From contig CAYHPN010000005.1 of the NCBI GenBank assembly GCA_964358765.1, positions 13 through 64,012 of the forward strand: a stretch of 64,000 nt of DNA, written 5' to 3'. Each line of letters begins with the position of its first letter. Positions within the stretch are counted from its first letter, which is position 1. Source of the DNA: Candidatus Woesearchaeota archaeon (lineage in GTDB: Archaea; Nanobdellota; Nanobdellia; Pacearchaeales; GW2011-AR1). Position numbers and translations under genes: made by a program. Positions 48,813 to 56,876 of the stretch are shown here, piece by piece. The notes beneath the pieces were generated by a model. That model saw only the letters and a program-made list of their open reading frames with translations, did not search any database and was not told the origin of the DNA.

Positions 48813-51125
48813 TTACCTCAGTGCCTTCCAGTAATCTGGCTTTGGATTGAAAATTTCCCCTCTTGAACGCAGATATTCAAGCACACGCATTAGTTTTACT
48901 GAATCTGAATAGTATTCAAGAAGTATTTTTGTATTTGCACCTATCCCCTCATCCAATCGAATTATATCTGCGAGAACATTTTGAGCGTTGATTTCCTTTG
49001 ATTTACAATCAGCATCCGAAACAGGCGTCATGACAGTCAGAGTGTCAGAAGATTCCTTATCTAATGTGTCAGGTGTCTGAAAGGTGTCAGAATGCCATTT
49101 ATTAATTTCATCGTCACTATACTTACACTCTGACACTTCTGACACTTTATTTTTAATAGAAGCAAGATTTGCATTATTTTGTCTAATTAAAATCTCACAT
49201 AACTTGAAGAATCCCAGCCTATACCCTCTTTGGTTGCCTGTGGGATTGGCTTTGTAATCAGTAAACCCTAATTCACGCATCAATATGCCTATCTTTGTAT
49301 TACTGACCTTATACTGATTATTTCCAGTAGAGTTCAATAATTCAATGAATCTCTCTTTTAAACGGTCAGTGGGTATGAATGTGTCAGTTTTAGCTCTACA
49401 ATACAAATCGATTAGGACTTTTGATAATATCATATCCCAAGAATTTTCATCGAGTTTATCGTCACGTATGTCGAATAACTTAGCAATGAAATTCCCCACT
49501 TCTTTTTCTAATTCCAAATCAACACAATGAGCCATAGCAATAATTGGTTTAGCCAGAATCCACTGCCTATTCTGAAGATTATAATTATTCTCAACAGTTT
49601 CAAGTGCATCCTTAAATTGCCTATAGTTTTGAAGCCCATTAATATAAGCTAAATCTCTTGCCTTGCTGTATTCCACATCAGTTTCAGTAGGGATTTCAAC
49701 ATTTCCTCGAATATCTTTTGATGGTGCAATTATCATATTAAGAGGGATGCTCCTCTTCTCTAAAGCTCCTTTGAGGGGATTAATTGAGCCTATTCGAGTA
49801 AATCCAGCAGGGTCAAATTCATCGGTCTGTTTTATATTGACATCATTTTGTCTTGGAACAGTATTCCCTTTCTCATAACTTCCATTAAGGTATTCGACGA
49901 GTTCAGAATCCCCCACATTTTTCTTTTTAGTATCATCAAATAATCTCTCAGCTTCTTCAATGTAAAGTGTCGCTTTATTATTGTGCCTATATCTAAAGAA
50001 ATTTGCAGGTGTCGGACAAAGAAACTTTTTTCCATTAAAAGATAAATTAGCACTTACCTTCATTCCTTTGCTTTTTGCACTGCCTGTAATCCCTCCATGC
50101 TTAATCATCAGAAACTTATCAAGCATATCCCAATAATATGTGCACATATCCCACAAAACACATAGAGAATACCATTGAGGAAACTCAAAGACCATAGAAT
50201 TATCATAGAATTTTTTAAACTCAGAATATACATTTTTGAAAGTTATATCGTCAGAATTATACAATCTTCTGCAAAAAGAATTTATAGAAGAAAGAGACCA
50301 CCGATTTCGTTTTAGGGTCATGACTGAATCAAAAACAAATTTAAAATCAGAGGATTCTGAATGTTCAGATATTATTTCGCCATTTTCAAAAACAAGAGCA
50401 TCTACTTTTTTATTTGTCAATGAATTATCTTTAGTTATAATCTCTTGATGAATCTTTGTTCCATAATATCTGTAAGTGACTCCGTTGATGTTAACAGAAC
50501 CAACCGCATGGTCAATAAGCGGAGGCAGATTAGATTCGTCAAGTATAAATGGTTTAAGTTTTCTCTCTCTTTCAATTCTTAATTTATTTAATCTAAACTC
50601 TTCAAGTAGGGGCTCTGTGATATTAATACCCTCTTCTTTATCTATAACTTCTTTTATTTTTCCTGTCTTCCAATGGGCAGTATTTTCTATTGGAATGAGA
50701 TGACTATCTATCTTTAGTTGAGAGTCACACCCATATCTGGATATTAAATATTCTCTTAGCTCCTCTCGTTCTTTTTTTTCTAATAGAGCTAACTTCATAT
50801 CATAGAAGAAATGTATATGTCTTGCTCTTTGTTCATCAGTTGAATAAGCATAAAATTTGAATCCGTCCTTTCTTAATCGAGATATTAGACTCAAATAATC
50901 TTCATAGTTGCCATTGTCCAAGTCCAGTATAATCTCATTTTTTAATAATTCTCTTTGGTTAACTTCGGAAATAAGCTTATCATTTCCTTGCACATCTAAG
51001 TAATTATGCCACTTAGATATTTTTTCGTCTCCATTTTTATCTTTGTATGTAGAAGCTAATCTAAAGTCGGTTGCCTGCTTCCCCATTTCATAATACAAAT
51101 AGTCGAGCCAAACTTTTTTATCCAT
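48813..51125 (-). CDS. replication protein: prim-pol (AEP)-like N-terminus plus P-loop NTPase plus C-terminal wHTH-like region
   Basis: AEP-like EIILDLDNG (DxD) and RARHIHFFY (HxH). Walker-A-like GITGSAKSKG. 770 aa. Architecture is like pRN1-type plasmid replicases. Confidence 0.6.
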   Translation of the reverse strand: MDKKVWLDYLYYEMGKQATDFRLASTYKDKNGDEKISKWHNYLDVQGNDKLISEVNQRELLKNEIILDLDNGNYEDYLSLISRLRKDGFKFYAYSTDEQRARHIHFFYDMKLALLEKKEREELREYLISRYGCDSQLKIDSHLIPIENTAHWKTGKIKEVIDKEEGINITEPLLEEFRLNKLRIERERKLKPFILDESNLPPLIDHAVGSVNINGVTYRYYGTKIHQEIITKDNSLTNKKVDALVFENGEIISEHSESSDFKFVFDSVMTLKRNRWSLSSINSFCRRLYNSDDITFKNVYSEFKKFYDNSMVFEFPQWYSLCVLWDMCTYYWDMLDKFLMIKHGGITGSAKSKGMKVSANLSFNGKKFLCPTPANFFRYRHNNKATLYIEEAERLFDDTKKKNVGDSELVEYLNGSYEKGNTVPRQNDVNIKQTDEFDPAGFTRIGSINPLKGALEKRSIPLNMIIAPSKDIRGNVEIPTETDVEYSKARDLAYINGLQNYRQFKDALETVENNYNLQNRQWILAKPIIAMAHCVDLELEKEVGNFIAKLFDIRDDKLDENSWDMILSKVLIDLYCRAKTDTFIPTDRLKERFIELLNSTGNNQYKVSNTKIGILMRELGFTDYKANPTGNQRGYRLGFFKLCEILIRQNNANLASIKNKVSEVSECKYSDDEINKWHSDTFQTPDTLDKESSDTLTVMTPVSDADCKSKEINAQNVLADIIRLDEGIGANTKILLEYYSDSVKLMRVLEYLRSRGEIFNPKPDYWKALR

Positions 51126-51369
51126 CAGTTGCCCCCTCTATCTTCTCGACGAAATAGCACAGCCCATTTTTTTGTAATGTCCTTACCAACTTAAACGATA
51201 AGACATAAGAATATCCTGCTTTAAGGGAAATTAAATTTCCATATAAGTTTGTCCCAAAATAGTTTTCTATCATCTTACAGACTACTAAACTATCATCATT
51301 TAGTCGAGAGGTGAAATATGATGGGAGATTAACAATCTCTACAGGCTTTATTTGGATTGTTTCAGCCAT
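51118..51369 (-). CDS. hypothetical protein upstream of the replicase
   Basis: ORF track (its start at 51372 is TTG; the ATG is at 51369). 8-nt overlap with the replicase gene. Confidence 0.45.
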   Translation of the reverse strand: MAETIQIKPVEIVNLPSYFTSRLNDDSLVVCKMIENYFGTNLYGNLISLKAGYSYVLSFKLVRTLQKNGLCYFVEKIEGATDG

Positions 51370-51535
51370 CAAGCACCTCCATCCTCAATATCTTTATGAC
51401 TGGAATTATCTCAATACCTCGTTCAGTTTTGATTTCTATAAAATCAGAATTAGCAGACAAGACGATTCCTATTTTAGAATTAGTTCCATTCAAATCTTGT
51501 TTTATTATTCGTATCCGTTTTCCAATCCAATCCAT
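51362..51535 (-). CDS. small beta-rich protein (57 aa, below the track cutoff)
   Basis: Own reading: MDWIGKRIRIIKQDLNGTNSKIGIVLSANSDFIEIKTERGIEIIPVIKILRMEVLDG. It overlaps the next gene's start. Confidence 0.4.
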   Translation of the reverse strand: MDWIGKRIRIIKQDLNGTNSKIGIVLSANSDFIEIKTERGIEIIPVIKILRMEVLDG

Positions 51536-51550
51536 GATATTATTACCTCA

Positions 51551-51706
51551 TTATTTATTCAAACAACAGAATCGAATATACTGGCTCATACTCTTACATC
51601 CAGATTCCTTGTAAAGCTTGAATAGCTTTGATTTCTCCTCCTTAGTCATCCTAACAAAGATGGGAAAATTTCTCCTTGCATTTGAGGAGGGTTCTATTTT
51701 ATTCAT
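51551..51706 (-). CDS. ribbon-helix-helix protein (51 aa, below the track cutoff)
   Basis: Own reading: MNKIEPSSNARRNFPIFVRMTKEEKSKLFKLYKESGCKSMSQYIRFCCLNK. It shares YIRFCCLN with 51699-51953. Confidence 0.5.
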   Translation of the reverse strand: MNKIEPSSNARRNFPIFVRMTKEEKSKLFKLYKESGCKSMSQYIRFCCLNK

Positions 51707-51953
51707 TACTTTTTTCTTCATTAGCCCCCTCCCTTGAAGCTAAAACCTTCACCTTCCGATATATATCATTAAGAGTAACCTGAAGTGTAGGGTTCAAACA
51801 GCAGAAGCGAATATAACTCGAAACAGTGTTAAAGCCCATTGATTCCGCTAACTGTAATAATCTTTCATGCTGAATTTTTGAGACCTTTATTTGACAAAGA
51901 TGTGTTCCTTTACCTTCCAAATCCCCTTCTTGTTGAAGCGAATTATTTTTCAT
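51699..51953 (-). CDS. ribbon-helix-helix protein
   Basis: CQIKVSKIQHERLLQLAESMGFNTVSSYIRFCCLN. 84 aa. Confidence 0.55.
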   Translation of the reverse strand: MKNNSLQQEGDLEGKGTHLCQIKVSKIQHERLLQLAESMGFNTVSSYIRFCCLNPTLQVTLNDIYRKVKVLASREGANEEKSNE

Positions 51954-52099
51954 TGTTTGACCCTCAAAATTTTATTTGCTCTTTCCTGACAGGCTAAACG
52001 AATGAAGTTGGCTAAAGTCCTATTATCAATAATACAAGCCTCTTTCACTTTCTGAAATAAGTCTTCTTCGCAATCCGCAGATAGTTTTAATCTTTCCAT
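51950..52099 (-). CDS. ribbon-helix-helix protein (49 aa, below the track cutoff)
   Basis: Own reading: MERLKLSADCEEDLFQKVKEACIIDNRTLANFIRLACQERANKILRVKQ. ATGA overlap with 51699-51953. Confidence 0.55.
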   Translation of the reverse strand: MERLKLSADCEEDLFQKVKEACIIDNRTLANFIRLACQERANKILRVKQ

Positions 52100-52206
52100 G
52101 TTATGACTATAATTGGTCATAGTTTATTTAAATGTTTCGCTTTTGACTATGATTGGTAGTAGTTATAACCAAAAGTTTTATATAGTTATAATCAATTCAT
52201 TATTCT
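52100..52206. promoter_or_regulatory. divergent promoter/operator region
   Basis: Direct repeats GACTATAATTGGTCATAG (52105-52122) and GACTATGATTGGTAGTAG (52145-52162), 40 bp apart. TATA-like ttttatatag about 25 nt upstream of ATG 52207. Confidence 0.5.
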
Positions 52207-52719
52207 ATGAAAAAGAATATAATTACTGAAAAATTTATGAAGACCAGTAGAAAAAATCCGATTATAGACTTCTGTTGGGACAAACCGAGAAAGATTACAG
52301 AGATTGCTCAAGAAAAGAGCATAAAAAGAAGCACATTAGCCTATTACTTAAAGTATCTCGAGGATAAAGGACTAATAAAAAGAGAGAGAATCCAAGAGAA
52401 ACAAACTGGAAGACCTACAATGATTGCAGTTAACAAAGAAAAGGTTGAAGAATTTGAAGGATATACAGGTGATAAATTCTTCATAGATGATAATACACGT
52501 CAAGTATTAAGTGTTATTAGAGATTCTAAGAAATCTCTAACTAATTTTGAAGTTGAAGAAAAAGCAAATATTAATGTTGATATAGACCATTACTTGGGAA
52601 AGGCTGATGAGTATGGGCTAATTGAAATCAAGTATAACCTTACAAAGAAGGGATTAGCTTTTCTGAATAAGAAAAGAAAATTCAAACCTTATGATGAATT
52701 ATACTCTGATGATGAATAA
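52207..52719 (+). CDS. winged-HTH regulator
   Basis: KPRKITEIAQEKSIKRSTLAYYLKYLEDKGLIKRE. 170 aa. Confidence 0.6.
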   Translation: MKKNIITEKFMKTSRKNPIIDFCWDKPRKITEIAQEKSIKRSTLAYYLKYLEDKGLIKRERIQEKQTGRPTMIAVNKEKVEEFEGYTGDKFFIDDNTRQVLSVIRDSKKSLTNFEVEEKANINVDIDHYLGKADEYGLIEIKYNLTKKGLAFLNKKRKFKPYDELYSDDE

Positions 52720-53058
52720 AAATTCAGAAAATATACTAAAATGCTACTAAACACACAAAAGTCGGGATGTTTTGGGCTGGGAATACATCTCAGCGTCGAT
52801 AGATATATAAACATCGACATCCTAAAGGTATTGTGGTCAAAAAAGATTAAAAACCTTTTATACCACAGCATTTGGTAGTGCAAAAAAATGTCGAAAAGGG
52901 CTATAGAGCCAAAATATCGACGTTAGAAGGCGTATAAACTCCATGTGGATTAATGGTCATTCAGCGGCTTATTTCCTGGAATACATATTAATCTTGTTGC
53001 GGCGGGACTGCTTGCTTCTATAGGATACTTTTCAGGGGTTGATGCTATTGCGCTGGTT

Positions 53059-54117
53059 GTGTTTATTGTTGCGATGTCAATAACACATACTTTTATTGAT
53101 TTTATTCCTTCGATATTTTTGGGTGCTCCGAGCGAGGATAGTTTCTTGGCGGTACTTCCTGGACATAGGATGTTGATCCAAGGTAAAGGGATGGAAGCAG
53201 TTGTTTTAACTTTGTATGGGGGATTATTCGGATTGCTTTTTGTTTTATTATTTAGTTTATTATTTGCAAAAACATTACCTTATTTTTTTGGATTTATTGA
53301 AGGAGTAATACCTTTTATTTTAATTTTTGTTTCTTTATATTTAATATTTAAAGAAGATAAAATATTAAATGGATTCATAGTTTTTATATTAACAGGATTT
53401 TTAGGATATTTTACTTTTAATTTACCTGTTCGCGAACCTTTACTGCCACTACTTTCTGGATTATTTGGAGTTAGTGGACTTATTGTAAGCTTGAAGAGCA
53501 AGGTAAAAATACCTACACAAAGAGAAATTAAATTTAGGGAGGTAAATATAGATAAATCATTTTTTAGGGCAGGAGTAGGGGCCATTATATCTGCCCCATT
53601 ATGTTCGTTTTTGCCAGGAATCGGAAGCGGACATGCTGGAATAATTGGCAGTGAAATAATCGGAAAAAACAACGAAGAGGGAAGACTATTTTTATTTATG
53701 GTTGGTGCAATAAGTGTTATTGTAATGTCTTTTTCTTTTGTTACAGCTTACGCTATTGGAAAGACAAGGACAGGAAGCGCTGCTGTTGCACAGGAAATAC
53801 TTGGAGAAATAAGTGGAGTGAATTTAATTATAATATTATTTAGTATATTAATTAGCGGGATTATTGCATTTTTTGTAGGGGTTAAACTTGCTGGTATTTT
53901 TTCAAGGAATATAAATAAAATCGATTATGAGAAGATATCTATCGGAATTATTGTTTTGTTAATTGTTGTTAATTTAGTATTGAGTAATTGGATTGGACTT
54001 GTTGTTTTGATTAGCGGGAGTACTCTAGGAGTTTATTGTATTTTATCAGGAACAAGGAGGATAAATTTAATGGGGTGCTTGCTTGCGCCTAGTATTGTTT
54101 ATTATCTTGCCGGGTAA
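53059..54117 (+). CDS. TctA/DUF112-family membrane protein, 5'-truncated by element integration
   Basis: Polytopic protein. The second-half motif FLPGIGSGHAGIIG mirrors the N-terminal LFPGIHINL, which lies in frame upstream (frame open from 52954; no ATG there; the track start at 53059 is GTG). Confidence 0.65.
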   Translation: MFIVAMSITHTFIDFIPSIFLGAPSEDSFLAVLPGHRMLIQGKGMEAVVLTLYGGLFGLLFVLLFSLLFAKTLPYFFGFIEGVIPFILIFVSLYLIFKEDKILNGFIVFILTGFLGYFTFNLPVREPLLPLLSGLFGVSGLIVSLKSKVKIPTQREIKFREVNIDKSFFRAGVGAIISAPLCSFLPGIGSGHAGIIGSEIIGKNNEEGRLFLFMVGAISVIVMSFSFVTAYAIGKTRTGSAAVAQEILGEISGVNLIIILFSILISGIIAFFVGVKLAGIFSRNINKIDYEKISIGIIVLLIVVNLVLSNWIGLVVLISGSTLGVYCILSGTRRINLMGCLLAPSIVYYLAG

Positions 54118-54193
54118 TTAATTTTAAGGTTTTTCAATTTTATACTTTAAATTAATTATTTGCATATAAAGTTTAATAACTTTATTGTTAGAT

Positions 54194-54304
54194 AGTTATT
54201 TTGATTGAAGTAAATTCAGCCAAAATAAGAATTTATGAGAAATTTATTTTCGAATAAATTACTTTCTGTGCGTTAGCACCTTAACTGCCCGCAAGGGTAT
54301 TAAC
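54194..54304 (+). repeat. structured intergenic repeat, copy A
   Basis: Hairpins TTATTTTG/CAAAATAA, AATTTAT/ATAAATT, GTGC-gtta-GCAC and CCC-gcaa-GGG. It aligns with copies B, C and D. Confidence 0.7.
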
Positions 54305-54343
54305 TTGTTTTCAATATATGGTAAATTATAATAAAAATAATCT

Positions 54344-54452
54344 CCTATGGAAATTTTAGTTATTTTGTTCAAAGTAAATTTGCCCCAAATAAGAATTTAG
54401 ACGAGATTTACTCTTGGCTAAATTACAAAGCGTGCATTTGCACCCTGTCTAC
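54344..54452 (+). repeat. structured intergenic repeat, copy B (tandem to copy A)
   Basis: It begins cctatggaaat as in copy C. Hairpin 2 is AATTTAG/CTAAATT (compensatory relative to copy A). GTGC-attt-GCAC. CCCT-gtctaca-AGGG. Confidence 0.7.
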
Positions 54453-54459
54453 AAGGGCA

Positions 54460-54837
54460 TTATTTTAATGAATGAGACTGCCATATGATTATAAATAATT
54501 GAACAAGACAAACTAAGAGCGTGCCAAACAAAAGAGGGATTAAGTAAATAATTAAAAAGTTATTTTGAAGATAATAGTTTTTATCAAAAAACATTAATAA
54601 TAAACATAAAGGTATTACAAAAGTTAAGAATAACAAACATATTTGGAAAATAAAAGATATTTTTCTAAGACTTAAGTTTTTTGTTAATTTTCTTACTACT
54701 GAGAAAATTACAAAACCAATATTCCAAGGCATAAATATAGAAATCATTATTGTAATTATAAATATCATAAGCGAATATACAATTAGAGACGAAATATCCG
54801 GTCCATAATATCTAGGCAATATATCTAAAAATATCAT
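54460..54837 (-). CDS. hypothetical polytopic membrane protein
   Basis: ORF track (125 aa). 4-nt overlap with the upstream gene 54834-56264. Confidence 0.5.
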   Translation of the reverse strand: MIFLDILPRYYGPDISSLIVYSLMIFIITIMISIFMPWNIGFVIFSVVRKLTKNLSLRKISFIFQICLLFLTFVIPLCLLLMFFDKNYYLQNNFLIIYLIPLLFGTLLVCLVQLFIIIWQSHSLK

Positions 54838-56264
54838 TTTTTGTACTTTGCACCCAATATTAAAAATATTAAAATTAAAATAGAGACTATTAGTAATGAA
54901 ATAATTATGCTTATTAATTTATAGTCTGATAAAGAATTGTTAGACAATGTTAATACTAATAAAAATAATCCTGCAAGCAATGTGATTACAAGAGAACATA
55001 TGCTTAAAATCCAACCCGCTAATATTACTGATTTATTTTTTGAGAAAAATAATATAAGTATTCCTGCTATCGACGCCCAGCCTAAAGGAGTAAAGACCCA
55101 TATAATAATCGCACCTATTCCTATGAGGAGCCCATAAAGGAATAATTGATAGGTTTCTGGTCCAGCATTTACTTTTTTATTATCTATTGATTTTCTTAAA
55201 ACTAAATCTTCATCCATTTGACTTTTTTGAAGATAAGATGATAAATGGGTAAGGTAGTATTTGTCTTTTTTAGGTGAAAAATAAGAATTGCCTTCATCAT
55301 CATAACCTAAGTCTTTTATTTCACTCTTTCTTACCCAGTTTCCATAATTTATATTAAAATTATCTCCTTGATATTTATTGTCTGCAAATACATATAAATT
55401 AATTTGATTATTGTTATTGGATCTTTGATTGATAATGTAAGATGCGCCTCCTGGAAGAAGGTCTATTTGATTATCCGTGTATGTTAAAATATTAGAATAA
55501 CGATCATCTCCTTTCCATTGATTAGTTTCCAATTTTGTGTAAAATTGATTGTTAACTGTTCTAATTGAATTTATTGGCTCATCTTTAGCAAATTTTATCT
55601 TTGGAGGAAACTCTACTGAAGAGATTTTTAGAGGGTAAACAATTTTATCAGTGAGGAAAGTCATTTTTATTGGTGTTGGATTGCCTTCTTTTAAGTCTTG
55701 CATAACATCAGTTGCTTTTTGTGCATCTGGAGAAACTTTTATTGCTGTAAAGTACCAGCCTTTTGAGATATAATAGTTTAATACATGCGAATATTCTTGA
55801 GGGTAGATATAATCATTTTCATGGAACCAATCTATTAAATCTTGGGAGTTTGTTGCAAGAAGAATATCAACATCATAATAATCTACTTGTTTAGATTCTA
55901 TTAATACAACGCCTTTGTCCATCATATTTCCAGAAATAGATGATGTTAATTCCATATATCCTATTTTACTGTAATATTTTTGCCTTGCTAAATTTGCTAC
56001 ATTAGTGAGAACCGATTCTTTAGATTTTATGACTTCTGGTTTAGTAGGTGAGGGAATAATCCAGACAAGATCTTTTGCATTACCAACAAAACCTTCAGAT
56101 AACACCATAGTTTGAGTGTTATCCTCAAAGAAAATTACTGCTCTTTGTTGACCAGGACGAACCCAATAATCTCCCCTAGGGAAATAACATGCCTGAACAA
56201 TTACAGAAGAAACTAATAAAATTAATAATGTTAATGAAATATTTCTTGATAATATTTTTTTCAT
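54834..56264 (-). CDS. DUF2330-like secreted/membrane-anchored protein
   Basis: Signal peptide, then ACYFP...QRAVIFFEDNTQTMVLSEGF...LVWIIPSPTKPEV, resembling the DUF2330 N-terminus. C-terminal TM helices. Confidence 0.55.
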   Translation of the reverse strand: MKKILSRNISLTLLILLVSSVIVQACYFPRGDYWVRPGQQRAVIFFEDNTQTMVLSEGFVGNAKDLVWIIPSPTKPEVIKSKESVLTNVANLARQKYYSKIGYMELTSSISGNMMDKGVVLIESKQVDYYDVDILLATNSQDLIDWFHENDYIYPQEYSHVLNYYISKGWYFTAIKVSPDAQKATDVMQDLKEGNPTPIKMTFLTDKIVYPLKISSVEFPPKIKFAKDEPINSIRTVNNQFYTKLETNQWKGDDRYSNILTYTDNQIDLLPGGASYIINQRSNNNNQINLYVFADNKYQGDNFNINYGNWVRKSEIKDLGYDDEGNSYFSPKKDKYYLTHLSSYLQKSQMDEDLVLRKSIDNKKVNAGPETYQLFLYGLLIGIGAIIIWVFTPLGWASIAGILILFFSKNKSVILAGWILSICSLVITLLAGLFLLVLTLSNNSLSDYKLISIIISLLIVSILILIFLILGAKYKK

Positions 56265-56413
56265 GATAATTGCAAATTTGACCTATTTATTAATGTTATT
56301 TTAACTTCAAATACAATTGAAGCTATTGGATTATAATCTATAAGTGTTTAAATAATTAATGAATTGGGAAAAGCTTTTTATAGGGCTTGGAATTGAACTT
56401 TATTATATAGTAT

Positions 56414-56485
56414 GGCCTTGTGGTTCAATGGTTAGAACATGCCTTTGACGTGGGCGAGACCGCAGTTCAATTCTGCGCAGGGCCA
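56414..56485 (+). tRNA. tRNA-Val: tRNA-Val (anticodon GAC)
   Basis: Manual fold: acceptor GGCCTTG/CAGGGCC, D stem GTTC/GAAC, anticodon stem TGCCT/GGGCG with loop TTGACGT, T arm CGCAG-TTCAATT-CTGCG, discriminator A. CCA is not encoded. Confidence 0.85.
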
Positions 56486-56729
56486 TTATTAATAAAGTTT
56501 GAGAACTTTATGAATTTTAACTAAATTTCTTAATATTAACAACATAACAAAAATACTTGCGGGGCCATTCTTAATCTTAAATTTCTACAAAAAAATAAAA
56601 TACTTTAATTATTAATGCATGATTAAATACTAACTAAGTAACTAAGTATATAAATAACTTAGTAAGTAAAGTTTATATATCTACTTTGACAATTATTGAA
56701 AGTACGAAAAGAGGAAAATGTAAAAGAGG

Positions 56730-56876
56730 ATGAAGAAATACTTGCTTTTAATTGAAGATGAGAAATTATGGGAAAGATTTAAAGATATGAATAAAAAAAA
56801 CATTAATGATGAAATTTTTGAATTGATAAAAGAAAAAGTTGATAGGAAGAACAAAAAAGAGGATAGAGAAAAATGA
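56730..56876 (+). CDS. small RHH-like protein (48 aa, below the track cutoff)
   Basis: Own reading: MKKYLLLIEDEKLWERFKDMNKKNINDEIFELIKEKVDRKNKKEDREK. AGAGGA upstream. ATGA overlap with 56873. Confidence 0.4.
   Translation: MKKYLLLIEDEKLWERFKDMNKKNINDEIFELIKEKVDRKNKKEDREK

Larger units (their letters stand above)
37273..52970. mobile_element. integrative element 2 (about 15.7 kb; integrase, serine recombinase, prim-pol replication protein, defence-like cargo)
   Basis: Bounded by the cores at 37273-37283 and 52960-52970. Its backbone is homologous to element 1. Confidence 0.65.

Noticed and set aside
51311-51625. Overlapping plus-strand ORFs (104 aa and 85 aa)
   Set aside because: The minus strand here encodes tightly coupled small genes (51118-51369, 51362-51535 and 51551-51706) that continue the operon. 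The plus-strand ORFs are low complexity.
52954-53058. Calling the target gene intact from 52954
   Set aside because: The in-frame upstream extension has no ATG/GTG/TTG start before 53059 and is preceded by TAA at 52951-52953. I therefore annotate the gene as 5'-truncated, not full length.
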